DNA of 63,233 nt, filler included, from Trichomonas gallinae (lineage: Eukaryota), in NCBI GenBank assembly GCA_008369845.1. It is 5 parts of 5 records of this genome, joined end to end, with 100 filler letters (N's around TTAATTAATTAA, not from the genome) between each part and the next. Parts side by side here need not be neighbours in the genome. Positions count along the whole stretch, not along the records: positions 1 to 27,903 come from MRSU01000378.1; positions 28,004 to 35,563 come from MRSU01000380.1; 3 more parts are not named here. The stretch is one strand, 5' to 3'. The position numbers were made by a program, and so were the translations under genes. The notes under the pieces are model-generated. The model ran no database searches. It saw only the letters and a program-made list of their open reading frames with translations, and had not been told where the DNA came from. Position 1 is the first letter of the stretch, and every line of letters starts with the position of its first letter. Below are positions 21,218 to 30,918 of the stretch, piece by piece.

Positions 21218-23026
21218 TTATATGATCTCTACTGATGATATCAAAGAAGCTTCACTGACATTTTCGCGGAATGGATGTTTCGCACGTCTGGTAATGAGAA
21301 CAGTTATAACTACAATGATAATGATTAAGAACAAAGCACCAGCACATATGACAGGTAGCCAAATCTTTAAGAATTTCTGTGGTTTGCCACTATCTTGTCC
21401 AGGTTGTGCTGGCGTTTGTTGTGGCGTTTCTAAAGTTGGCGTTTGTTCTGGGGTTGCTAAAGTTGGCGTTTGTTCTGGAGTTGATAAAGATGATGTTGGT
21501 TCTGGAGTTGGTGAATCTGGTGGGATAACAAATGGGCAACTTCCATCCAACTTAATAACTTTGACTCCCATGAATGTTTCTGATGGATATGTTTCTGAGA
21601 CGTAAACTTTTGCATTGTTGCTGTTATCCTTGATTGATGGCTGCTCAATAGCTGTTGTGCTACAGTATTCAATGGTTTTGAGACTTGGAAGTCCAGCAAA
21701 AGTTGCTTCGTAAAATATGTCAATTATTCCTTCGATAGTGATTTTTTCTACGTTCACACAGTTATAGAAAACGTTTGTTTGAATCGTGTGAGCTCCGGAT
21801 TTTATGGTAATTTCTTTGAGAGTGTCTATATCTGAATATGCGTAACTGTAGACATTTGTGTTCTCTTTGAGCATCAATGATGTTACCTTCGTGTATGAGA
21901 AGGCGTGAGAGTAAATACTCTGAACGGAAACTTTCGAATGATCATAATTTGTGCATTTATAAAATGCATAAGGATAAATTGATAAAATATTATTAATATC
22001 GACTTGCTTGAGGTTTTCACATTCATAGCAAAGACCTTCAGCTACCAAATATACTTTAGGAGGCAAATTTAATGTGATTAATTTTGATTTTGCGAATGCA
22101 TATTTCCCAATGCTCATGACAGTTATTGGGAATGATATCGTCTCAATATTTGTTGATGCGAATGCATAAGGATGAACTGCTGTATAATTAATTGGAACTT
22201 CGAAATTTTTATGTTTATCAGCGTAGCCTTCTACGTCGAGGTTAATGAATGTATGTAGTAATGTATGTTTCATATCGCAAATGATAGATCCATCAACATC
22301 TGTCGTGTAAACTTTGTTTCTTTCAGAAATTTGAAGTTTCTTTAATGATTTGATGGCTGTGAATGCTCCAAACCCAATTGTTGTAAGCTTAGCTCCGATA
22401 TTGATGCTGTGAACATTTGTTTTGTAGAAAGCTTTGTTGCCAATTGATATCAAATTATCAAGCGGTTCAACAGATTCAAGATTCTCGCATCCTTGGAACA
22501 TTCCTTCAGGTATTATTGACAATTGTTCGGGAATTGTGAATCTATTAAGCAATTTGCAGTTTTCGAATATGAAATTTCCAAATGTAATATCATCAACCAT
22601 CTCAGAATCACCAGCAGTGAGCTCAAATGTCTGTAATGCAGCGCAGCTGCTGAAAACTGATTGGCCAAAAACATTTGTAGTATTTCGATAATAAAAACGT
22701 ATTAATCCCGTATTTGCGAATGCTCTGTCGCCAACTGTAGTGCATCCAGCTGGAACTGTGAATTCCGTTAAAGATTTGCAATTAAGAAATGCTTCTGCGT
22801 TGATTTTTAATATGGATGTTTCGATAACAACTGTTTCAAGCTTGGAGCAGTTCGCGAAAGCGCTCTCAGGAATCTCGTTATAACTTCCTTTAATGATTAA
22901 ATGTTTGAAATTGTCTTGATTAGATATTGTATATGTCTCATTTGCGGTGACAGTCATTGTTTCAGTCTCTGGGTCATAATTCATCTCATTGGCTGAAACA
23001 AATCTTTGGAAAATTAAGCAAAACAT
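21218..23026 (-). CDS. BspA-like (TpLRR) surface protein with P/T-rich stalk, TM and short cytoplasmic tail
   Basis: Repeats of I.xxAF..C..L; TPEQTPTL repeats; TM IWLPVICAGALFLIIIIVVITVLI; signal-like N-terminus from ATG 23026. Confidence 0.92.
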   Translation of the reverse strand: MFCLIFQRFVSANEMNYDPETETMTVTANETYTISNQDNFKHLIIKGSYNEIPESAFANCSKLETVVIETSILKINAEAFLNCKSLTEFTVPAGCTTVGDRAFANTGLIRFYYRNTTNVFGQSVFSSCAALQTFELTAGDSEMVDDITFGNFIFENCKLLNRFTIPEQLSIIPEGMFQGCENLESVEPLDNLISIGNKAFYKTNVHSINIGAKLTTIGFGAFTAIKSLKKLQISERNKVYTTDVDGSIICDMKHTLLHTFINLDVEGYADKHKNFEVPINYTAVHPYAFASTNIETISFPITVMSIGKYAFAKSKLITLNLPPKVYLVAEGLCYECENLKQVDINNILSIYPYAFYKCTNYDHSKVSVQSIYSHAFSYTKVTSLMLKENTNVYSYAYSDIDTLKEITIKSGAHTIQTNVFYNCVNVEKITIEGIIDIFYEATFAGLPSLKTIEYCSTTAIEQPSIKDNSNNAKVYVSETYPSETFMGVKVIKLDGSCPFVIPPDSPTPEPTSSLSTPEQTPTLATPEQTPTLETPQQTPAQPGQDSGKPQKFLKIWLPVICAGALFLIIIIVVITVLITRRAKHPFRENVSEASLISSVEII

Positions 23027-23814
23027 TTTTAAGAGTGTCAATTTTTTGTCAAAACCTCACAATTTTAATATCATGCTGTTTAATGACCAAATATGCAAAA
23101 TTCACGAATTTCTATAATACAAATAAGGTTAAAAAGAGAATTTCTCAAAATCGAGTTTTATGATTTCGGATCAAAAGTATAGCTATAGTTCCTTATATTA
23201 AAAATAAAAATCACGATTAAAAGCAATTATCTTATAATTTAATTCTAATTTGTTAAAATATTTCATTTAAAACAATATATTACTAGAATATAGATATATG
23301 CATGCAATATATTTGATTTCATTTATAAAATATATCATATCCCGTATAAGAAATTAAATTCAAATATTAAATATTGAACACAAACCATAAATTCTTCATC
23401 TAATATGATATTATTCAAATCAATATTAATTCCAGCATTGAAGAGTCTTCAATGATTTTAATTCATCGAGATTAAGATTCTCTATCATTGCAGGATTAAA
23501 AATATCCAATATTAATATTAGTATGCAGTAATAATTTATATAAAGACTACTTTTTACAAACAAAACAAACTGTTTATTACTATTTGGTATAAAACAATAA
23601 TTATTAAATTCATTTTCATATGATTCTACTATGCTCATTTTGCAATAAACTGAAATATAGACTGATGATTATGAAAATTTCAAGTATAATGGAAAATTCA
23701 ATTTTTGGTTTTCGGAAATGTTAATGAAATATGAACTAGAATCGAAGAACAACAATAATTTCTTGTAACAATTTTATTTGCACAAACATTTCTTCGATAA
23801 TAACGAAATTTGGG

Positions 23815-24453
23815 TTAAATCACAGGATTTTTATAAAATAGATCCAATGGTGCATATTCGTTTGTTATAAAGTCAACAGGAACAGGTATTACATATTCAT
23901 TTTGCATGTTTTCATTACTCACCTCTCTTCTAATTGGTTTTGGTAATACATGTTTAGATATCAGTTCTAAATGCGATTTATAAAGAGCAATTATCCCATT
24001 TATCTTTGTCTCTTCTGGATATTGAACACAAAAATCTATTGTTCGAGTATATGCTTCTTTAACTAATTCAGAAATTTTGTTTTCGTTATTTTTCATATAT
24101 AAAATTATATCTGGATCAGTTAATATAGATTGGAACTTATCCCAGTTGTTATAAATGAACATCATGAACTTTTTTATCGATAATATCTTTTCTAAATGCT
24201 GAAAATAATTTAGATACCAATTAAAAATCGTCTTTTCGTGTAATAAAGGGTATAATCTAATCCATATTGACTGTAGAAAGTTAAACATTCCATCCCTAGT
24301 TCTCCAATCTAGTCTTTTCGTGGGAATTTTGAATTGTTGCGCTGACATTTTAACTAAAATGCACAAAAAATCGCGTCTAAGGAGTCTGGAATAGTGTCTG
24401 AGGAATTGCTTAATGGTATCCATCTCGATAACAATGACGACATTTTCTTTCAT
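23815..24453 (-). CDS. Hypothetical protein (trichomonad-type RLDWRTRDG..FL..IW domain)
   Basis: ORF of more than 200 aa; first ATG at 24453. Confidence 0.65.
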   Translation of the reverse strand: MKENVVIVIEMDTIKQFLRHYSRLLRRDFLCILVKMSAQQFKIPTKRLDWRTRDGMFNFLQSIWIRLYPLLHEKTIFNWYLNYFQHLEKILSIKKFMMFIYNNWDKFQSILTDPDIILYMKNNENKISELVKEAYTRTIDFCVQYPEETKINGIIALYKSHLELISKHVLPKPIRREVSNENMQNEYVIPVPVDFITNEYAPLDLFYKNPVI

Positions 24454-24766
24454 GATTTTTGGCACTTTTTAAGATTTCGAAAGACACAGAATTGGCTTTG
24501 AAAATTTGAATTACTGCCTCCCAATTCATCGAGAACAATCCGACCAAATCCATTGAAATTGTTTGTAAATTTTTACATGTCATAAATTTCATGAGACAAA
24601 ACATGTCCTGATTAACCTTTTCGTCCTTGGATTAAATCTTATCAATTAGAAGGTTGTAATATTCGAATAAATTGGCGCTGAATTGTTAAGTTTATATGAT
24701 GTATATTAATGCGACAAATAACACGAATATATAAATTTTAATAAAAAACACAAAATAAATAAAAGA

Positions 24767-26881
24767 CTAATTAGTCTTAATTCTCTGTATGATGCTGTCA
24801 ATAGTAAACAGTTTGATGCATTCTTCTTCTGTTGTCATCTCTATTGGCGGTACAACGATGCCGGATAATCCTATGTTCTTCATGTTGAGCATCACCTGCT
24901 CTTTCTGTTCGTCGGCCTTTTCCCTCTTCTTCCTCGCGTTGCTTTTCTTCTTGCTCTGGACTTCGTTTGTTCCGTGTTCAATCTCGCTGACCTTTGTGAC
25001 TGTCTCCTGTGGGATAGGAACTGATGGGTCACCACGACCAATGAGAGCCAGTTTCTTCTTGTACTCCAATATGTCATCCTCCGTTATATTCGAGTTCTCG
25101 AGCATAACCTGCATCTCTCTGTCAGGCCACGTCATCTTCAAGTTGCGTCCTCTGCCCAAAAGGGTGCCGAAAAACTTGCTCCACGCATCCGCCGATGTCA
25201 CCGAGCACTTCTCAATGTTGATGTTCTCGATTACTCTGTTCGCCATCAATGTGTCTGTCAGTACATTCAGTCCATTCGATCCGATTTTATTTCTCGAAAT
25301 GTCAAAAACTTTTATTGATCTGTTGACTGCTAATGATTTGAAAATCTCTATGACTGCTTCAGGCTGTAGACTGTTTTCTGAGTTGCCTGCAATGTTCAAA
25401 GCTGTCAAAGAATCAGTTTTCTTGATTAATTGGCAGATATGCTGAACAATTCCTTCAGTTGAAGGGCAGCCTTTGAGTGAAAGTATCGACAAACTTGGAT
25501 TATTGCCGAGAAAAGCGAAGAAATGTGGAAGTAAAACGTTGCCGTTCCAATTTAATTCGGTTATTCTGAGATCTTTTAATTCTTTGAGTCTGAAAAACAC
25601 GCCATTCCAGTCACCTGTATCTATTGACGCGTGTGAAAGCGATAAAGACGTAACATTTTGAGAAATTCCAGCATGGAAAATTACAGATACCATAGAAACG
25701 ACTGTAAACCCAACGCTTTCCATTATTACTGTCTTTGCACCACCAAAATTACAATTTTTGGGCATCTTTTTGCGACAAACGTTGTTTGATAAATCTAATT
25801 TTTCTAAATGAATGTTTTCAGCATTGTTAATAGCTAAAATGATATCACTTATATCAATACTGACATTTTCGAGTCTTAAACTTGTAATACTTGAACAATA
25901 TTTTAATAATTCTGGAATAATGACTTTTCTCTGATTTGCAATAGTTAATGATGTAATTTGGTTGAAGTTTTTGGCCTTTGCAACAGTATTCATGAATGAA
26001 GGCACCGAAATTTTGTTAATTGCTTTTACAAACGAAATTGATTTGAGTTTACCTGCGCTAATCATCTTAGATATATCATAAGCTGCATTTAGAGTAAATC
26101 CGCAATTAACAAACTCTATTTTTTGCAAAGATGAATGTTTCGTTTGCAAAGCATCAGCAAGAAGCGAGAATGTGTCATCATACTTCTCTCCAACTGAGAT
26201 CCCTTGTATAGTTGAGTTCTTATATAAGCATCTCGCCACTGCATTCCAAACAGATGCTTCTGAATAAGCTTTCGAAATGAAAATGTATTTAATTCTAGGA
26301 TCGACGATGATAGCAAACAGAAAATCGTCAATAACATCTGCTGGTAACTTAAGATCTGAAATATCTATCGAATTCGAGTTTGAATGTTGATAATTAGAGA
26401 GTACTTCAAGAATTTCCGGCGAAACTGTTGAATTTCGTCCAAACGCACGTGCACGATATCTTAAAAGGGCGCATTGAACACCTGTAGTAAATTCTTGTAA
26501 ATAAAATCCGTCAATCTTAATTTCAGGATATTCGTTGTATGTGAGAATAGTTAATACGTGCTCTATGATAAGAAGAGCAATCTCATGAGCGTGTTCATTC
26601 TGAAATATTATTACTCCATCATCTTTGAAGTACATTTCGAGCTTATTAGATTCTACGCATACAATTTTCGTTAAACCAAACCATTTGAATGATCTTGATG
26701 ATTCTAATTCCTTAGAAAAAGGGATTTCTCTGTATAATTCTCCAAATGCTTCGTTACAGCGCAGTAATCTCCTGTCTATCTTTCCTTTTGTGTTTATTTT
26801 GTCTACCCAGATATCACAGAAACGGATGGGAAGCTCGCTGGCATCAAAACGCCAAGGTTTAGGATCCCCACCAATTTCCAT
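24767..26881 (-). CDS. RNI-type leucine-rich repeat protein with N-terminal PH-like domain (CARMIL-like)
   Basis: WVDKINTKGKIDRRLL N-terminal region; LxxLDLSNN, LxxNRSIKVFDISRNKIG repeats. Confidence 0.75.
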   Translation of the reverse strand: MEIGGDPKPWRFDASELPIRFCDIWVDKINTKGKIDRRLLRCNEAFGELYREIPFSKELESSRSFKWFGLTKIVCVESNKLEMYFKDDGVIIFQNEHAHEIALLIIEHVLTILTYNEYPEIKIDGFYLQEFTTGVQCALLRYRARAFGRNSTVSPEILEVLSNYQHSNSNSIDISDLKLPADVIDDFLFAIIVDPRIKYIFISKAYSEASVWNAVARCLYKNSTIQGISVGEKYDDTFSLLADALQTKHSSLQKIEFVNCGFTLNAAYDISKMISAGKLKSISFVKAINKISVPSFMNTVAKAKNFNQITSLTIANQRKVIIPELLKYCSSITSLRLENVSIDISDIILAINNAENIHLEKLDLSNNVCRKKMPKNCNFGGAKTVIMESVGFTVVSMVSVIFHAGISQNVTSLSLSHASIDTGDWNGVFFRLKELKDLRITELNWNGNVLLPHFFAFLGNNPSLSILSLKGCPSTEGIVQHICQLIKKTDSLTALNIAGNSENSLQPEAVIEIFKSLAVNRSIKVFDISRNKIGSNGLNVLTDTLMANRVIENINIEKCSVTSADAWSKFFGTLLGRGRNLKMTWPDREMQVMLENSNITEDDILEYKKKLALIGRGDPSVPIPQETVTKVSEIEHGTNEVQSKKKSNARKKREKADEQKEQVMLNMKNIGLSGIVVPPIEMTTEEECIKLFTIDSIIQRIKTN

Positions 26882-27903
26882 TTTTTATTGTCATGTTTTT
26901 AAGGTTTTTATTTGACATGTATAATAAAATCTTTGTCATGTAAAAGAAATTAACAAAAAAAAAATAAATTAAAGATTAAGCTTTTTTATAATGAGAATTC
27001 ATACATATAACAGCATATTAATTAAATTATGCAAAGAAATCGATTGGAAACGCTATAATTTTGTAATGTCTAATCCGAAATTAATCCATCAATTCAAAAT
27101 TCCTTGGTTAAATGATAAACTATAGTATGTGAATCATGGAATTAATATTAAAACTCTTATAGACAATAAAAACAATAGGACAGACTTGTCGTGATGAAAT
27201 TCGCAGCTATTTGATGCATAGAACAGTTTTTGTTCTGGTAAATGTCATCTCAATCAGAACCGCAATAGCCGTTGAAACTGAATTTTTTTGAATGATTTGA
27301 TCAGCAAAAATCTATAAAGTTATTTTATAGAAAATTAATTATAATAATAAAGTATATTAGACTTTATCGATCATATGTATCTTATGTATCAATTTCGATA
27401 CGATTTGTATGGCCAAAAGGCAGATATAATGATTTTTGATATTTTTGACATGTAAGCTTAAAACTGACAAGTAAAATTGTTGTAAGCCAGATCACAGTTG
27501 AACCGAAGACCACATACACCATCTTTATGATAACTTAAGACTATTTATTTGCGAAAAATTAACTATCGCTAATCTTAAATGCAATATCAAAAGAATGAAG
27601 TCTCTTCCTTGGATTTAATTGATTCGAAACCAATAAAAGCAGATCGACTATGCTTTATGTGTGTTTATTGCTAATCAGGAACTCTCCTATACCGTATTTT
27701 TTGCATTGCATAATTTTGATGAAATAATGGTGCATGCGCCTATTGGCTTTGAGCATGTGATTTTCTTGATGTGTTCTATCATATGCTTGAGAATGAGTCG
27801 AATCCGTTCTATTTTACGGTCTACATTTTAAGGGTCCGCTCCGCGACCAAATAGCGGTCTCAATTTTTGAATGCGGTATTGAAAATTATCGTTTTGCCCA
27901 GAA

Positions 27904-28003
27904 NNNNNNNNNNNNNNNNNNNNNNNNNNNNNNNNNNNNNNNNNNNNTTAATTAATTAANNNNNNNNNNNNNNNNNNNNNNNNNNNNNNNNNNNNNNNNN
28001 NNN
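27904..28003. other. Artificial contig linker
   Basis: N44-TTAATTAATTAA-N44 (stops in all six frames). Confidence 0.98.
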
Positions 28004-28191
28004 CAATCATCATCAATTCCTGTGACGATGAAGTCTTCGTCAAGATCTCTAATATCTGCCTCGATCTGTCGTCTGTTTCGATCATGGATAACAAAGGTCT
28101 GACAATTGATGGCAAAATGATCCAAGCTGATTTGTTTGTTGACTGGTTGTTAAGAGATTTCAGGAAAATGTCAGTAGAAACAGCTCTGCAT
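28004..28191 (-). CDS. Probable gene fragment truncated by the linker; frame and strand ambiguous
   Basis: Coding-like composition; upstream motif cluster at 28207-28237 points to the minus strand with ATG 28191, but three frames are largely open. Confidence 0.4.
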
Positions 28192-28489
28192 GAGTCTGGG
28201 AAAAAAAGACATGTAAAATATAGTTTTGTCATGTAATTTAATAAAATTGAATGACTTTTGTCGATGCTTTTGTAATGAAATAATTTTACATGTCAAAAAT
28301 TTTAATCTGATAGTTGCCGTGTAATTTATTATACATTACATTAATACAATAAAATTAAATTGATTGGAAAAATTGAATACTGAAATTTTGAGTAGGTATT
28401 TATTGTAATTTACATCAAAATATGGTATTTTAAATTTAGATTTTGAGAGAACTCATTGAAAATAAAGTTTACATTTTTTCATCAAACAA

Positions 28490-29506
28490 ATGTTTTTCTC
28501 GTTATTTATTTCGCTTTCTCTGTGTGACTCAACGGACTTAAAACTCGATCACACGCAGCAGCACCACTTCCTTCTCGTTTCCGGCAGCCATGTTATATTG
28601 GAAGTCGTGAAACCGTACACACTTGTTGTTTTCTCCGAATTAGGAGAAGCAAGAGGACACGTGTGCATTAACACCGATGGTGAATGCCATGAATCTGGTG
28701 CCATTGGCATGTTCAATGAATCATATAACCTATCAGGAGTCTGGTTTGGAAAAAATACTGGAGAAATTAGACTAGAAACAACTGCAATGGTTACTGTAAA
28801 GTTCTCATCTGTTCTTTTCCCTTCTGATTGCGATAAGTATTTAACAACAAACACACGAAATTATACAATAAATCTTGCAAAAGAAGATTTTATTTATAAC
28901 ATCAAATTCTGCTTCTATCCTGCGACATATGGTACATATCAATACAAAGTTTCGTATATTATTGGCGATAACGACCTATTGCATATTTCGAGAAAGGACA
29001 ACGTCCCAAGAAACTATGGTGGCAATAACAGGTTTTCTGGTACATCTGTTGCTGACGATCCCGTGTTGTTTTCTCTTGATACTTCTGATCCACATATAAA
29101 TTCCACAGTTAATTTCTCAATTATATGCGATGATATTATCCCAGAAACTAATATAACTACATATCTTAACAGTTCTAATTTAACTTTCATTCCTGGACAA
29201 TATTTAGACGATTTTCCACCGCCAGAGGTCGATGATAAGTTTAGCAACATATTATCCATCACATTAATCGTTATTTTCGTTGGTTGTGGCATCGGATGCA
29301 TTGTTTATCGTATAGTTTCTTATTGCAAGAAGAAGAAACTTAGAGAGCTTCGCGCTATAGAGCGTGCAAATGCGCCAAAGAAGAGATATAAGAAGATTAT
29401 CAGAAACAAACCAAGGCCATTTGTTCCACCACAGGAAGAAACTAATTATCAATTAGATAATCAGGAAGATCATGGCTTCGCTGATGTTCAGAATGACAAT
29501 AATTGA
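28490..29506 (+). CDS. Type I membrane protein (signal peptide, TM, basic cytoplasmic tail)
   Basis: MFFSLFISLSLC signal; TM ILSITLIVIFVGCGIGCIVY followed by KKKK. Confidence 0.85.
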   Translation: MFFSLFISLSLCDSTDLKLDHTQQHHFLLVSGSHVILEVVKPYTLVVFSELGEARGHVCINTDGECHESGAIGMFNESYNLSGVWFGKNTGEIRLETTAMVTVKFSSVLFPSDCDKYLTTNTRNYTINLAKEDFIYNIKFCFYPATYGTYQYKVSYIIGDNDLLHISRKDNVPRNYGGNNRFSGTSVADDPVLFSLDTSDPHINSTVNFSIICDDIIPETNITTYLNSSNLTFIPGQYLDDFPPPEVDDKFSNILSITLIVIFVGCGIGCIVYRIVSYCKKKKLRELRAIERANAPKKRYKKIIRNKPRPFVPPQEETNYQLDNQEDHGFADVQNDNN

Positions 29507-29586
29507 TCTAATGTTTTATTTTTTATGTATTATAGCAATAAATGTCAAATAATAAATAGAAATTTTTATTTTTAACAAATATGTTT

Positions 29587-30162
29587 TTACCAGTGTTCTC
29601 TGAGCTCACCAGTAATTGGGTTATATTGATTAGAATTGGACGCATGGTAAATTCGCTTTGCGCGAGCTTCGCGGCGCATTGTTTTTTGTGTATCTTGTGT
29701 CATGAGCATTGTGCCTCTTTCTGTTGATGAATCTGGGGCAGCGTTAGTAACAGGGTTATATAAAACGCTTTCCTCATTCATATCTCTCTTTCCGGAAACA
29801 TCGGCCTTCTTTCTTTCCTCTTCTTCCTCTAATTGTCTTCTAGCTTCTATTGCTTTTGCGTAATCTTCTTGCTGTTGATGTCTATGTGCAGCGCGTTTCC
29901 AAGTCATTTCATATGCAGCTTGTTTTTGAGCTTTTTGGTCAGCAATATAGTCTCTGTTGAATCTTTCTGCATCATTAATCGCGTATGATGCTGTCGGAAC
30001 TGGTTTTACTGGGTCCCCTATTGGAGTATATCTCTCAAAACACTCATGGCGTTGTGCTAATCTCTGTTTTTCGATTTGATCTCTATCTACGGCTGATATT
30101 TTTTGATCTCTGCTTCTTGCTTGGATTTGCTGGACTTGATATGGAGTATCGTCGAAATCCAT
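29587..30162 (-). CDS. Hypothetical protein with central charged helix and two YNP(V/I)T motifs
   Basis: 191-aa ORF, typical codon usage, stop TAAA. Confidence 0.8.
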   Translation of the reverse strand: MDFDDTPYQVQQIQARSRDQKISAVDRDQIEKQRLAQRHECFERYTPIGDPVKPVPTASYAINDAERFNRDYIADQKAQKQAAYEMTWKRAAHRHQQQEDYAKAIEARRQLEEEEERKKADVSGKRDMNEESVLYNPVTNAAPDSSTERGTMLMTQDTQKTMRREARAKRIYHASNSNQYNPITGELREHW

Positions 30163-30282
30163 TCTGTATTTTATAACGTATAATAATTTTTGGCACGTAA
30201 AAAATTGTTTGACGTGTAAATAGTTTATTTGTCATGTGTTATTATCATAAGACCTATGTAATTACAAACTATATTTTATATA

Positions 30283-30390
30283 GAGTGGGCGGACAAGCCT
30301 GTCTACCCGCGGAAAACCCGTCTGGTCTCGACAACTTTGTCCGAATCTAGACAACTTTTGGCGCGGACCGACAGCTTTGTCCAACCACTC
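30283..30390. mobile_element. MITE-like non-autonomous DNA element
   Basis: Inverted termini GAGTGGGCGGACAA / TTGTCCAACCACTC, flanked by TATATA on both sides; GC-rich interior in AT-rich DNA. Confidence 0.7.
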
Positions 30391-30624
30391 TATATATTCA
30401 TTAGACTACGCGAAAGAATGTCAAGTTAATGAATATTATATAAATAAATCGAATATTTTCCAAACATTTGAATTTCAATGCCTTATTAAATTATTTGTTA
30501 CATTGAATGAAACAGTGAATCATTTCTAATCTATTTTTTATGAAATCAATATGCTAATGATGCCAAAACCCCATCTATGTAATTGCAAAGCAGCCCTAAA
30601 TTAGATACTAATTCTTGCAAGACT

Positions 30625-30901
30625 CTTACGTGTCAAAAATATGAATTTGGCAAATTTATTTGTCAAATAATTGAAATTGTAATGTTTACATGTCAAAAAT
30701 GTAAATTTGATATTTATTTACATGTCAAAAATTTGGATTTGTCATATTTATTTGTCAAAAAAATATTGTATAGTTTACATGTCAAAATATATATCAAAAA
30801 TATTTGTCAACATAATGGAAATTAAATGGTTTACATGTCATATCATTTGTCAAAATACATGAATTGTAATGTTTACGATAATTTACTGACAAAATCATTT
30901 T
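30625..30901 (+). promoter_or_regulatory. Array of ~12 TTTACATGTCA / TTTGTCA motifs ending in Inr TCATTTT
   Basis: Repeated tttacatgtcaaaa, cttacgtgtcaaaa and tttatttgtcaaa upstream of ATG 30919. Confidence 0.6.
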
Positions 30902-30918
30902 ATTTCCGAGTAAATAAT

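Noticed and set aside
30583..30918. 80-aa ORF and N-terminal extension of the VPS9-like ORF
   Set aside because: Translation of the non-coding motif array (repeated TCQK/LHVK), upstream of the Inr.
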